From Takakia lepidozioides (taxonomy: Eukaryota; Plantae; Bryophyta): a stretch of DNA of 64,000 nt. Under the pieces are notes generated by a model, which worked only from the letters and a program-made list of their open reading frames with translations, ran no database searches and was not told where the DNA came from. The stretch is taken from NCBI GenBank assembly GCA_030704615.1, contig CM060731.1, forward strand, positions 38,998,001 through 39,062,000, read 5' to 3'. This document shows positions 27,831-40,963 of the stretch, one piece after another; the stretch's first letter is position 1; the number at the start of each line of letters is the position of its first letter. Position numbers and translations under genes: made by a program.

Positions 27831-30512
27831 ATATTTGTCCAACAACTCAATATTTCATCTAAATTTATGTGGTGTGGGGTTTCTAACTACAATAGGTATG
27901 TATCCAATTGTTAGATTGCAAAAACAATCATGTACCAGAGAGCCATGGACTTTTAAAGTTGATTATTGTGGAGTGCAGATGTTACACATAAAATCTTATG
28001 GACTGAAAAAACATCATGTACACTCATACAATGGCACAAAGGAAAACACACTAGGGGTGCCATTTTTAAATCCAACCCAAATCCATTTTTATATGGATTA
28101 GTTATCTTAGGGATTGAGAGCTATGGACTATTTTGCACCTAAAAACAGGTTGATTTGCTCTAGTCCATAGCATCTTGTGTTTTGGGTTTTTGAGGTGTCG
28201 TCTTTTACTAAAAAGACATACAAACCTATAATCTAGAGGTGCCAGTTGGTATATGGACAAGTGGTTGTAAACTCTAAATTTTGACGGCTAAATATTTTTT
28301 CACATTAACGCTTAAAATATCTAGTAAAAAATATTATCAATATTTGAGGAGGGACTCTTTACTAAAAATGTTATGTATACTACTATCTACTTTTTTAAGA
28401 ATAAATTGAAAGCAATAGACTCAAAAAAATAAAATTCCATGGACTTCCAATGGACTCAACATGTGCCGCTTTTGATCCACCCAATCCTACAACTGCCCTT
28501 TACTGTATAACCAAGAAGTAGGGTCTTCTTGTCGTCCATCCAAGTCCCTTCTCCTGGGTCCAATTGTAATCTGCTGAGTGGTAAGCGAAGAAACCAAATC
28601 AAGGGAGGTCTCTAAGCCCAACAATCTTTCAAGAGTGCCTAATTTTTGAAAATTTCTTCTAAAGTGCCTAATGGTATAAAGTCAATAGGAATAATGTAAG
28701 AACTTAATGGACACGTGCGATCTGACGGTACTTTTCACCGGATTCCGGCAGCCTGGGCTCCTCCAGCGGGGCCCCTGTCAAATCCTCCCCACCCCCTCTT
28801 ACCAAAAAACCCTTGAATTTAATTTTTTTTTTAAACATAAAGTGAGAAAAATTCTTTAAATGAATGTACTAGCTCCAGATGATTTCCATAGGTCCTTGCA
28901 TTGACTCAAGTATCTCATCATAGTTTGTCTCGTATCCCTTAAGCTCTCCTTCGAGTTCTGAACTAGCATTGAGATTAGGAAGCTCTTCATCTTCAATATG
29001 CAGATTTGCCAAACATCTACTCATGTTATCAACTACACTGAGATCAAGACAGATATCCGGCACATCTTCCATAACAAAATCCCTTTCCAAGATATCATAA
29101 GGTGGCAAACAAGTCGCTTGCAAAGTTACCTCTCATAGCCTCTCCTTGAAACATGTGTGCAAATGCACGTAGAATGCCACATCGTTCCCAACCAGACACA
29201 ATCATCTTTCTATGACATCCAACATGACACCAAGCCTCCCACAACCAAAGAGCTGCCCACTCACGCATCTTGGATATCTGTTTTCATTTTATTTTTCATT
29301 TTTATCTTGGATATCCGTTTTATTTTACTTTTATATTTCTGTATTTTTTGTTAGGGTAATTATTTTTGGTTGCCTAATTTTAAGGATTTACACATCCAAG
29401 ATGCATAATTTAGAAAATTTTCTCGAAAGTGCCTAACTGCCAAATGGCCCCAATAATAATTATTAGGCGGCCAAGTGTCTAACTTGCTATCCCAGTACGG
29501 TATGTGAGTTTGGTGTCATATGGAATGGAAATCGATTAATGGGAAATTTTTAGAACCAACGTATATATATATATACACGACGCCTCCCGAATGAAGCGTA
29601 AATTATGGTGTCTCTTCATCCCGAATTGGGTCGCTCGAGATTTTGCGCAGCCCACCACTGCTGTAGATGAAGTGGGATGAAGAGGCACCCTGAAGCTGAA
29701 ATGGCGCTTCAAGTGTGCTTTCGAACGGGCTTTACACCATGCAAATTGAGTAAGTGCGCCGCCCAGAATCTTTTTGGCATGCAGGGGGGTGCAGAAATCG
29801 CACGCCACGGTGGTTGACATGCAACGTGGCGTCCTCATACTTGGCTGGAAATGCAACTACAATGCAGGACTGCCAGCAGCGGCGTGTGGGGTGGTCAAGG
29901 GGACCTTGCCATGTTCGCCCGCCAGGACGTCCATAGCCACCTAGGGCATCCCTCTTTCTTGCCATCTCGTTTGTGTCTCAGCTCGTCAAGGAGCAGTTGT
30001 GCCTTCGTCTTCCTATCGATTCGGGCCCTTAAGCATTTGTGCATTGTGACTCCTTCTCTAGCCTTCGGTGCTTCCGCTCCCTTGAACCTTCATCACCTGC
30101 GTTGCCACACCTGCTGTTCTCTCGGCGTGTGAATGTGTCTTCCTCTGTTTGATGGCAAAGCCGCTGCTCGAGCCTTTGTGGTCAAAAATTCATATAGACA
30201 CGAGCAAAGATTCGACAGGAAAGTCGTTTCGATTCAATAAATTTGTACTAAATCGAGAGTCAAAGAGAGACACATGATATGTTGATGTCGAGTTCATGAA
30301 GCGCATTCATCTTCTATTTGGGCATTGCTCAGCTTCATGGTGTTAAGCGGCTAACTCGTTGGTTTGTTGTGTGTGCGAGGTGTGCGAGGTGTTGGTATGT
30401 CGTTCTCATGGTGTTAGTTAACCGCTCTCTGTTTATGTCTGGGTTCTAGTTGCATGCCACTCTAACTTTGCATGTGGGAATATTGTGAACAAGGGGAGAG
30501 ATCGCAACTTCT

Positions 30513-32510
30513 ATGGCTCCAAAGCGCAAGGATCGAGCACCTTGTGTGCCACCACCCCCTGCCGCTGAGCATAAAGAGGCCACAGCCATACTTACACATT
30601 GGGGTCTTGTCGAGCAGCACTGTACTGAGGGTCAGTTGCAACTCATTCTTGGCATTGTCTTCCGAATTCTTGTTGTCTTTGCCCTCACCCCCTACTTTCC
30701 ATTGGCCTAGACACGCAAAATCGCACAATTTTAGGTTTTTATTAAGACGTCAAGTGGCTCTTATCTTGGGTTGGAAGGAGAGAAGAGAAGAGGGAGACCC
30801 CATTGGGCTTAGTGAGGAGGTGAACACAACATTGAGAGAACATATCTGGCCAGATACAGTCAAACGTCTGAAGCAGCTGGCTCGAGCCAAGCGTCCATCT
30901 CCCAACACTTGCACGTTGTTGAGTCCTCTGAGATGTGTAAGAATGAGAGTTGATGTCAGTGAGGGTGGGTAGTCACTGGGAAGTTTGGGGAATTTGGGTT
31001 GTCTTCCAAGCCTAGTGACCTCCTCTTCAGAGCCACTACGGAAATTCCTAATTTTGTTGACACTGGCAATCCTAGCCATGCGGAGGTGGGGAATACAATT
31101 TTGGATGATGTCGACATCGTGGAGGATGCTCCACTGTATGAGGGAGACTCAGGTGAGGAGGGTGTTGGGAAAATGAAGATTTGGAAATGGACGAGCCAGA
31201 TGGTGAGACATGTGAATCCCTTGCCACTTTATTTGGTCCCAAAACTTGGGAGTGCAATGACAACACTTTTTGTAGTGATAGAGTACCATTCACTGAGCCA
31301 ACTCTTGGGCCAAACATGCCTGACTTGAGGGATGCATCTGTCACTTTGCTTTTCAATATGTTTTGGACTTCCGCGATTTCGAAACACATATGCAAGGAGA
31401 CGAACCGTTATGCCAATGAGAGTGTCGCCAGTGGAACTCGAGGGGGGCCAAAATGGAAGCCCTTTGTGTGTGCCTGAGCTTTGTGCATGGCTGGGGGCCA
31501 TCTGCCTTTACATGGGGATTATAAAAAACTACCTAATTCCCGGTGCTATTGGCAAATTCGTGAAGTGTTGTTTGCATGTCCTCTCAGAAAGAAGGTTATG
31601 AGCAGGCACAAGTTTGAAGGCTTTCTCAGGTGCCTGCATTTGGTGGACAACTCCACATTGGAATCTGATCGTGGCAGTGTTGAATTTGACAAGTTGGGGA
31701 AGGTTCGATGGCTATGTGATGACATTGTGTGCAGGTGCAAGCAGTATTGGAATTTGGGAAAACTCATCCCCGTGGATGAGATCATGATTAAACACAAGGG
31801 CAAGAACTGTGTGATTTGCCAGTACATGCACAAGAAACCTGTCAAGTGGGGGATCAAAGTATGGGCCCTTGCAGATGCGTCGACTTCCTATGTGCACAAT
31901 TTTGACGTCTATTGTGTTAAGAAAGGGGGGCCATAGGGTATGAGGGAGAAGAAGCGGCAAAAGGGAGGGATATGATGTGGTGTGTAGACTGATAGAAGGG
32001 TTGCATCACCTTGGCCATGTTGCATCACTGACAATTTTTTACCTCCCCCCAATTGCTATACCATTTGGCATTGAGGGGGGCTTGGGCCACTGGGACTGTT
32101 CGATTGAATCGCAAGGGACTCCCCCCTGCATTGCTGACATTGAAGAAGAGCAAGACTGCCAAGCAAAGGCAGTCCTGGTTTAGAATGCACAATAGTCGAC
32201 AAGTTGCTGCACTTGTGTGGTGGGACAAGAAATGGGTCTTCCTTATCTCATTTGCAACTCTCCCAACAACTCACCCTAATTCACATGTAAGTGTTCGATG
32301 ATTGGTTGGGAATTCCAGAGTGCAGGTGCCTTCAATACCCATTCATGTCCAGTAGTGGTCAAACGTATATGCGCGGTGTGGATGTGAAAGACCAACTACG
32401 GGGTGCCTATAGGATTTAGTTGAAAACCTACAAGTGGTGGCATAGAATTTTCCTGTTGCTGTGGATACCCCTCTCGTGAATGCCTATATCCTACATACAA
32501 CATACATGAA
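30513..32510 (+). pseudogene. Degenerate piggyBac-type (DDE_Tnp_1_7 / PGBD-like) transposase
   Basis: Fragmented frames: LFNMFW...ICKETNRYA, MSRHKFEGFLRCLHLVDN, FDKLGKVR, VDEIMIKHKGK..ICQYMHKKPVKWGIKVWALAD, DNFF, ATGTVRLNRKGLP, WWDKK.V, MRGVDVKDQL, YKWWHRIF. Several frameshifts and stops. Termini not found; N-terminal boundary is a guess. Confidence 0.85.
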
Positions 32511-33990
32511 ATTGTTTGGCAGTGGTAAGCTGTCGCATTTGGCATTTAGCTGGCCCTTGCACATGCTTTGATAGCCGAGTTTGTGGGCAGTGTGGATGTT
32601 GCAACTGCTGGCCTTGGGTTCATTTTTTTTAACACTCCACTTTTCGGCGGCGGTGTGGTGTGTGTCATAGGAGGACACACTATTACTGTCCTTCATGCAA
32701 TGGTGCATATGTGTGCGTTGGTCAATGCTGGCGTGCGGCCCACCACACACAAGGGTGGTGAAGTTGATTTTGGCATTCTTGTGTGGCATTTTCGCTTGGG
32801 CCTGTCATGTGTAGCTTGGGGGCTGGGTGGTAGTGGCTGTAACTGTGAAGTGTGTGGCCTGCTGTGTTGTTGGTAGGGATGGTGGTGAGACATTCATGGG
32901 GTATGCTAGTGTGCAGTAGGGCGATTGGGCAACACGGCAGGGCTGATTGTGCTAATCGACTTGCGAGATGTTGTTGTTCGATTTGAGCTCCACGCGGGGG
33001 GATTCGTAGGGGATCATGCGTTTGCTGTTGGGATGTCTGGATTGTGCGGGGGATGCATTTTTCTTCTTTGGGGGAGGTTCATTTTGTTGTTGGGGTGGCA
33101 ATCTTTGGGATGCAAATTTTGGGAATTTTGGGGGGGAGGGTTGGTTGTTGTGGGGGGATATGCTTGTTGCCTCAGGGGGAAACTATCTGCACACTGGGGC
33201 AGAGAAGGGGGTTCGACTTCCCCTCAGTCTCTGCTGGTGGTGGGAATACTCGTAGAGGGCGGGGGGTTAGTTGGCGGCAGTTACAGTTAGTATGGGGTAG
33301 TGGATGAAACGCAGGGGCCAAGCCGTGATACAATCGGGTTGCAAGGAGGGAAAGACACAACGGTTGGTGGGGATGCAGGGAAATGACCTAGAATTTGTCG
33401 CCAGAGGTCATGCATTTTCCGTCAGACATCTCCCTGACTTGCCAACCAACAGAAATCTCCCCTAAACCCACATCTTCTCTTGATTTTTGTGAATTTTCTC
33501 TAAATCTATTTACCAGTGTGTTGCTGGAGTTCCCCGTGACAAATCCACCGTTGAAAATCTTATTTTTCCTCAAAATTGAGGACATAGCTGCGTATTTGGG
33601 CAAGGGGTGTGAGAAATTCTCAATCTGTATCCCTTTGTGGTCACATACAAAGTGACCCATCCCAAATTTGGGAATTTAGGCTTCAAATTTTGATATCATG
33701 TTATGGATATGGTAGGCTATCAGGCTGTAAAACTTTTGGCTCAAGCATAAACTGTCGCGCACCTCACCTCGGTAAACTCCCCTTCAAGTCATAATTACTC
33801 GCCTTGATGCACACGCCTAACTCCCAAACCGGCCGCCAGGCAACCTCGGAGCTTCGACTGCTCACCGGGGCATAACGGTCCCCCTCACACTCCCACTCGA
33901 CCCTCGACCTGTCGGACTCGGTGGAAATTCCCTTTGGTAAATGGCAGTCCGGAACAGCTCCCCACACCTTGGTCGCTTTCCGGCTCGCAC

Positions 33991-34715
33991 TGTCGCACAC
34001 CTCAGTTCGGTAAACTCCCCTTCAAGTCATAGTTACTCGCTTTGATGCGCGCGCCTGACTCCCAACCTGGCCGCCGGGCCAACTTGGAGTTTCGGCTGCT
34101 CACCGGGACATAACGGTCCCCTTCCGCTTCCCTCTAAACCCTCCACCTATTTGGGACTAGGAGAATTCCCTTTGGTAGATGGCAGTCCGGAACAGCTCCC
34201 CCCTCTTTGGTCGCTTTCCGGCTCGCTCGCTTACTCACTAGTTTTTGGTCACCAACGGGCTTGCACCGTTCTCGGGGTTACTACTCCCTATATATACTTC
34301 TGTAGCTGTCCGCGGGGGTTTCATAACCAGCCATGCCATTTTATGGCGAACCACCACGAAAACCCTCGACTCCCGGTGGTGAGTCGCGGTGAGTCTTGGC
34401 CCACTCACCGCGGCCCCAATGGACCGTGATGAGTCCCAAGACTCCCCACGACTCCCACCTCGAGGTCTCCACCCCATGGTGAGTCCTATGCCACCCCCAC
34501 TAAGTCCCACTAAGCTACCACCACCCCTTGTGGAGCCACCTCCACCGCAACCCGGTGTGCGGGGCTCCACCTAGTGAGCGCCTCCGCCTCCTTGAGTGCC
34601 TTGGGCACTCAAGGGTGCTTCAGCCCCCCCATACCTATCGCTGCCGCTGCCCCCACCACAGGGGCAGCCCCTCATGTGTCCCGACCCCCTGCCCTCAAGG
34701 CAAAGGGCCGCGACA
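33991..34715 (-). repeat. 3' LTR (725 bp) of the young Ty3 element
   Basis: Apparently identical to 40240-40963 except one extra C in a C-run near 34200. Confidence 0.95.
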
Positions 34716-35621
34716 CACACCCCTACCAACAGGGAGTCGATGTCCTCATCGACTTGTCCATTTTGTAGAAACGAACATCCAAGTTGTGGCGTCCCACATC
34801 AAGGAGTTTGTTTCCGTACCATGGCGTCCCATGGCAAAGAACCAAACCCCACACTTGACTCCACTCTCCACTAGCTAGTTCGGCCGACTTCCTCCAAGTC
34901 CCGGCCAAGGGTGGAGCCTCTCCAGCTCCTCCCAGTGCACTCTTCTTGGCCTACTTCAAGGCCAAGGAACGATCCTCCCCGAGGATCGAATCGCCTTACT
35001 GCAACAACATTGCTTGCGATCGCTCATGATGCCGCTTTTGGCATCACCTTGAGCAAGGGTTCACCTGGAACCCTCTTTGACTAGGAAGATAACCTTGAAC
35101 CAACCGTGCGCCCCAATCACTACAATTGGGTCCGCCTTGGAATGCTGGCCTGAGGTACGGGAACACGCCGAAGCCGCACTACGACTTCGTCCCGAGGCTA
35201 CACGATTATAGTACGTGAACGGAAGCACGTAGCTTCCGCGTTAGCCCGCACTACAAGGCAACCCCCTCGGTAGCGCAGTTATAGTACGCGCACGCGCCAG
35301 GTGCGCACTAGCACTTGAACTCCCAAATAAGGCGCAAGTTTCCTTGCCCCTTGGATGGGAGTCACCCGATTTCGGCACTGCGCAAACACACGATTAACCC
35401 AATTTACCTCTCCCACTTTTGTAAGCTAGCATGCATTCTACACACCAGCCAACCACACCATGCATCACCATTCCAAACACAATAGGACGCACAATATTTG
35501 GAACCCATTTCCTTTATCACAAATTTTTGTACAATACAAGTTTTTGCAATCGGATTCCTGAGCTAGCTAAACCGGGCTAAGCATGCATTTCCTCCCCCAC
35601 GCTCCAAGGTTGATGTCCCCA

Positions 35622-38600
35622 TCAACGCTTCTTCCGCTTTTGAGGTCGCCCTTCGAACGCTGCAACTGCCTCGGATGCGTTTCCCATTTCTGAGGCACGC
35701 ACCCAAGATGCCTCCACAAGATGATAGCCCTTCCATTTGACGAGATACTCCGTTTCTCGGTTCTTGAACCTCCTCAACTTAAGTATTGCCTCCACCTCGT
35801 ACTCGGGTTCATTTTCATGATCCAACAGCATAGGTGGCGGACGCAACACTTGCTGCCGATTCGGACGTGCTTCATCTTTGAAGTAAGGCTTCAAAAGGGA
35901 GACATGGAATACTGGGTGCACCTTGCTGTTTGCTGGCAGCTCCAATTCATACACATCCTCATTCATTACCCTCCGAATGCGAAAGGGACCCGCATACGGA
36001 GGTACGAACTTCGGACTCATTTCCGGAGGTAGTCGAAAATTCTTGATGTTCAACCAGACCTCTGTGCCTGCCTCAAACTTCACTTCCCTTCGCTTCCGAT
36101 TCGCCTGCCTTTCATACCGTTTCCTAGCTTTGGCAATGTTGTACTTTGCGAGCTTCAACAAACGCTCGCGTTCTTCCAGTACCGCCGCTACTGCCGGTTC
36201 CTCAACGTCCTGGGCGGCCCAACTTGTCGGCACTAGAGGTGCTTTTCCATAGACCAACACAAAAGGGGAAACTCCCGTCGCGGAGTGTTATGTGTTATTA
36301 TAACAGAACTCTGCCGCGTCTAAGTGTTCCATCCAGTCTGATTGGTCTGCCGACACGTAATTCCGCAAGAATTGCTTCACTACGGAATTCACTCTTTCCG
36401 TTTGGCCGTCCGTCGTAGGTCGGAAGGCGGTGCTCATCTTCAGCCTCGTCCCCATCTTCTTCCAAAGTGCTCTCCAGAATTTACTCGTAAACTTTGGGTC
36501 GCGGTCCGAGACAATATCCTTCGGGACTCCATGATGCTTTAAGACGTGGGCGAAGTAAAGTCGCCCTGTCTCCTGCGCAGTTGCCGTCTCCTTGGTGGGG
36601 ATGAAATGGGCCATTTTACTGAACCTATCTACCACCACCATGATTGCATCGAATCCTTTTGACAGCGGCATAGCAGTCATGAAATCCATCGAGACGCTTT
36701 CCCAAGTCCCCTCTGGAATCGGCAAGGGTTGTAACAGCCCCGCTTGCTTTTTATACTCGCTCCGGTTTTGTTGGCATGTGGTGCATGTCTTTACATACTC
36801 CTCTGCCTCCTCCCTCAGTTTGGGCCAGAAATACTCTTTCTTCAAGAGTGCCGCAGTGCGCTTGGCTCCACCGTGGCCCGCAAGCGGGCTATCATGGCAT
36901 TCTCTCAAGAGACTATCCCTGATCCCTCCCTTTGGCACATAGAGACGTTTTTGCTTATACCGGAGCAGTCCGTTTTGCAAGTGGAACTGCGATTTAACCC
37001 CCATTCTCAAGTTCTGCATCACGCACTTTGCCAGCTCATCCTTCCGGCAAGCCTTCCGGATCTTCCTTTGGAGCGCCGTCTCGCCCTTGTACACCAACAA
37101 GAGCTGCTGCTTTCTACTTAAAGCATCGGCCACCACATTGTCCCGTCCCGGTTTGTACTGGATATCCACGTCGAACACTGCCAAAGTATCTTGCCACCTA
37201 AGTTGTTTTGGGGACAACTTGGGCTGCGTGGCAAAATACTTCACCGTGACATTGTCCGTGAACACCTTCACTGGGTTGGAACCAACATAGTGGCGCCAGA
37301 GTTCAAGGCAATGTACCACCGCCTTCATCTCTTTTTCGTGCGTCGGCCACCGTCGCTCCACTTCATTCAGTTTCTTACTTTCGTAAGCCACTGGACGTCC
37401 ATCTTGCATAAGTACACCCCCAATTGCGAAGTCCGATGCATCTGTATGAATCTCAAACGGACGATCGAACTCCGGGATTTTTAAGACTGGAGCTTCCGTC
37501 ATCCGCTGCTTCAATTCAGCAAAAGCTTGGCCACAAAATGTGTTCCATACCCAGACTTTGGATTTACACAGAAGGTCCGACAGCGGCCCCGCGATCTTGG
37601 CGAAATTTCTCACATACTTCCGGTAATAGGAGGCGAGTCCTAGGAAGGATCGCACTCCCGGGACCGAAGTCGGAGGCTCCCAGTCCAAGATCGCCCTCAC
37701 CTTTCTGTCATCCATTTTGATCCCATCCTGTGTAATCACGTGCCCCAAGAACTCCACTTTTGTGACCCCGAATTCGCACTTTGAAGCTTTGGCATACAGC
37801 TTCCCTTCTCGCAATTTTTGGAACACCCTTTTGAGGTGCTCCAGGTGCTCCTCCTTTGTTTTCGAGTACACCAAGATGTCGTCGATGTACACGATCACAA
37901 AGTCATCCAACCACTCCTGGAAAAGGCTGTTCATCAGCGTGCTAAATGTCGCTGGTGCATTGGTGAGCCCAAAAGGCATCACCAAGAACTCATATGAACC
38001 ATACCTTGTCCTGCACGCGGTCTTCTCCTCATCTCCTTCCGCCACCCGAATTTGGTGATAGCCGGAGCGCAAGTCGATCCGGCTGAAATACTTTGCTCCT
38101 GCCAACCGATCGAAGAGGTCGTCGATCCTTGGCAAAGGGTACCGGTTTTTGATAGTCACCTTATTCAGAGCCCTGTAATCGACACACATCCGCAGCGTCC
38201 CATCCTTCTTGTCTGCAAATAGCACCGGGGCTCCGTAAGGTGACTTACTCGGCCGGATGTACCCCTTTGACATTAGATCTTTGAGCTGAGTCTTCAGCTC
38301 GACCAACTCTTTGTGGCTCAACCGGTAGGGCGCCTTGGCAGGCGGTTCCGATCCCGGTATCACCTCAATTTTGTGGTCAACTCCTCTTCGCGGTGGCAAG
38401 CCGCTTGGTAAATCCTCCGGCATCACATCCTGGTATTTCTCCAAAATCCCCTTGATCCAATCTGGGCTCGGCTCCCCATCGCCTTCTCCTTTCACTTCTC
38501 TAATGTAAAGCAAAAACGGGGACTCGTGTGTCTCCTCCACGGCCCACTCCTTTGCTGATAGAAGGTTTATTCGCCCTCCCACGGATTTGGGCGTTTCCGA

Positions 38601-38961
38601 CACTCGTAAAACCTCGCCACCATTCCCACATGGCAGCGTGACTACTCTCTTACGGACCATCTATGACCGCTCCGGATTTGCTCAAAAAGGTCATTCCCAA
38701 AATGAGATCCACTCCATCGATCTCGCAGATAGTGAAGTTCTCACGTCCCTCCCAACTCCCCAGTTGAAGAGGAACATCAAACGCCAACCTTGTCGCCAAC
38801 TGAGGTTCTCCTTTGGCAGAGCGCACCTCAATAGAGGCCCCCACGTCACTTGTCCGGAGTCCCAACTTTCGCGCCGCCGCCGGCGTCATGAAGGAGTGCG
38901 ACGCTCCTGTGTCCACCAACAACGACACATTAGTTCCGGATATTATCCCATCCACGAACAA
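35622..38961 (-). pseudogene. pol: Ty3 pol: protease, RT, RNase H, integrase, chromodomain; disrupted
   Basis: [10 protein letters not shown]; VYIDDIL; TDASDFAIG; [13 protein letters not shown]; SMDF, VSDRD, DGQTE; GPF; chromodomain YEVEAIL...YLVKWKGY...SW. The protease frame is offset by two 1-bp indels, and there is an in-frame TAA at 36288-36290. Confidence 0.93.
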
Positions 38962-40184
38962 TAACTGACTCCCTTTTCGTAAGGCGCCATTTCCTGATAC
39001 AACTCACAAGAAAATTTGCCTACCTTGCAAGTCCTGGCGACCACCGCTTCCACCAAGCGACTGATGGTATCTTCCGACAGCTCCGTGGTCGCCCGAGTCA
39101 TGTTCAATTGCCGGGGCTTCGTGCACTTCTTGGCCATGTGCCCGGGCTCCCCGCAATTGAAACACACTCCATCAAAGGTCGCCTTCTGTCCGCCATAAGT
39201 CGCTCCACCCGCTTTTCCTTTCGAAGCGCCGGGTGCCGCCTTGACGTGTGAAGGACCTCCCTTCGATTTCCACGTGCCATTTTCGCCGCGTGGCCTATCC
39301 CACTTCTTTTCCGGTCGGGAGGAGTCACCTTCCCGCCGGGTCTTCTTGTGGTTCAGCTCCGTACGGCCTTGTCTCTCACCCCTAGGGACATCCGAGAAAC
39401 ATTCAGCTCTCTCAATTGCCTCGTTCAAAGTCTTGGGTGGCTTCTCCTCCAACTTCCGCCTAGCCCATGGGGCCAGTCCCGCCACAAAGTTGAAGACCAT
39501 TTCTGGTTCTGCCATGTCCGCGACTTCGAGCAACAGCACATTGAAAGCCTGGACATACCCCCGAATGTCATCTGTTTGCTTCAAATTCCTCATCTTGTCC
39601 CGGGCAAGCCAGGATGCGTTGAGGGGCACAAACTGTCTCTTCATCAATTCCTTGAACTCACTCCAGTTCAAGGTTTCCGGGCTTGGGCCTCGGTCGTGAA
39701 GGCGTTTCTGCCACCATTGTTGAGCGTAGCCCCTCAAATAGGTGGGAGCCACTTCCACCCGATCCTCGTCACTCAACTTGGCCGCCCGGAAGTACTGCTC
39801 TAGCTCCAGGAGCCAGGTGTTGAGTGCCTTCCGGTTTCGAACGCCCTCGAAGGTGCCGGGTTCCTTAGGCTTCACCTTAAACTTTGCCTTGGTGGAAGTG
39901 GCATTAGCCGCCTTCAACACGTCTTTCAACGTCCCGCCAAACTGCGCCAACAACCCTTCCCAAAAGGCTGCCGGCATGGGAGGCATCTCTTGGTTTGTCG
40001 GAGCTCTCAAAGATTCCTTGGGTTCCGACTCCTCGGATTCCTCCCGCTCCTGAGCGGCCTCGTTTTCGGAAACATTAATCGCTTCCTCAAACGGCCGCCT
40101 CGGTGACACGTCGCCCCCATCGGGCTCACCGGGATCATCATCTTTTGGGCCGTTCCGCTTTCGCTTCGGCTTGCCCGACCCCAT
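38943..40184 (-). CDS. gag: Ty3 Gag with CCHC zinc knuckle
   Basis: YLRGYAQQWW, LKQTDDIRGYVQAF, FVAGL, CFNCGEPGHMAKKC. Confidence 0.93.
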   Translation of the reverse strand: MGSGKPKRKRNGPKDDDPGEPDGGDVSPRRPFEEAINVSENEAAQEREESEESEPKESLRAPTNQEMPPMPAAFWEGLLAQFGGTLKDVLKAANATSTKAKFKVKPKEPGTFEGVRNRKALNTWLLELEQYFRAAKLSDEDRVEVAPTYLRGYAQQWWQKRLHDRGPSPETLNWSEFKELMKRQFVPLNASWLARDKMRNLKQTDDIRGYVQAFNVLLLEVADMAEPEMVFNFVAGLAPWARRKLEEKPPKTLNEAIERAECFSDVPRGERQGRTELNHKKTRREGDSSRPEKKWDRPRGENGTWKSKGGPSHVKAAPGASKGKAGGATYGGQKATFDGVCFNCGEPGHMAKKCTKPRQLNMTRATTELSEDTISRLVEAVVARTCKVGKFSCELYQEMAPYEKGVSYCSWMG

Positions 40185-40225
40185 GATGAGGCCAATCCCA
40201 AGGACGATCGCGTACTGAACTCTAA

Positions 40226-40237
40226 GCTCTGATACCA
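40226..40237 (-). other. Primer-binding site for initiator tRNA-Met
   Basis: TGGTATCAGAGC on the minus strand, 2 nt after the 5' LTR. Confidence 0.92.
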
Positions 40238-40239
40238 AG

Positions 40240-40963
40240 TGTCGCACACCTCAGTTCGGTAAACTCCCCTTCAAGTCATAGTTACTCGCTTTGATGCGCG
40301 CGCCTGACTCCCAACCTGGCCGCCGGGCCAACTTGGAGTTTCGGCTGCTCACCGGGACATAACGGTCCCCTTCCGCTTCCCTCTAAACCCTCCACCTATT
40401 TGGGACTAGGAGAATTCCCTTTGGTAGATGGCAGTCCGGAACAGCTCCCCCTCTTTGGTCGCTTTCCGGCTCGCTCGCTTACTCACTAGTTTTTGGTCAC
40501 CAACGGGCTTGCACCGTTCTCGGGGTTACTACTCCCTATATATACTTCTGTAGCTGTCCGCGGGGGTTTCATAACCAGCCATGCCATTTTATGGCGAACC
40601 ACCACGAAAACCCTCGACTCCCGGTGGTGAGTCGCGGTGAGTCTTGGCCCACTCACCGCGGCCCCAATGGACCGTGATGAGTCCCAAGACTCCCCACGAC
40701 TCCCACCTCGAGGTCTCCACCCCATGGTGAGTCCTATGCCACCCCCACTAAGTCCCACTAAGCTACCACCACCCCTTGTGGAGCCACCTCCACCGCAACC
40801 CGGTGTGCGGGGCTCCACCTAGTGAGCGCCTCCGCCTCCTTGAGTGCCTTGGGCACTCAAGGGTGCTTCAGCCCCCCCATACCTATCGCTGCCGCTGCCC
40901 CCACCACAGGGGCAGCCCCTCATGTGTCCCGACCCCCTGCCCTCAAGGCAAAGGGCCGCGACA
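40240..40963 (-). repeat. 5' LTR (724 bp) of the young Ty3 element
   Basis: TG...CA ends, adjacent to the PBS, near-identical to 33991-34715. Confidence 0.95.

Larger units (their letters stand above)
33991..40963 (-). mobile_element. Full-length young Ty3/gypsy chromovirus LTR retrotransposon
   Basis: TG...CA LTRs at 33991-34715 and 40240-40963; 5-bp TSD CGCAC at 33986-33990 and 40964-40968; iMet PBS; domain order gag-PR-RT-RH-INT-chromodomain. Confidence 0.97.

Noticed and set aside
26423-29200. HNHPL-containing ORF (26423-26683), acidic ORF (28869-29123) and recurring AAAGTGCCTAA motifs as a DNA transposon
   Set aside because: Probably TE debris, but I could not establish TIRs, a TSD or a catalytic domain.
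34238-34878. Pro/Gly-rich ORFs in the LTRs (also 40486-41319)
   Set aside because: By-products of C-rich LTR sequence; no recognisable domain.
35622-36290. Programmed stop read-through or premature stops repaired by U-to-C editing
   Set aside because: These are nuclear TE sequences; the stops are more simply explained by mutation, and plant U-to-C editing is organellar.
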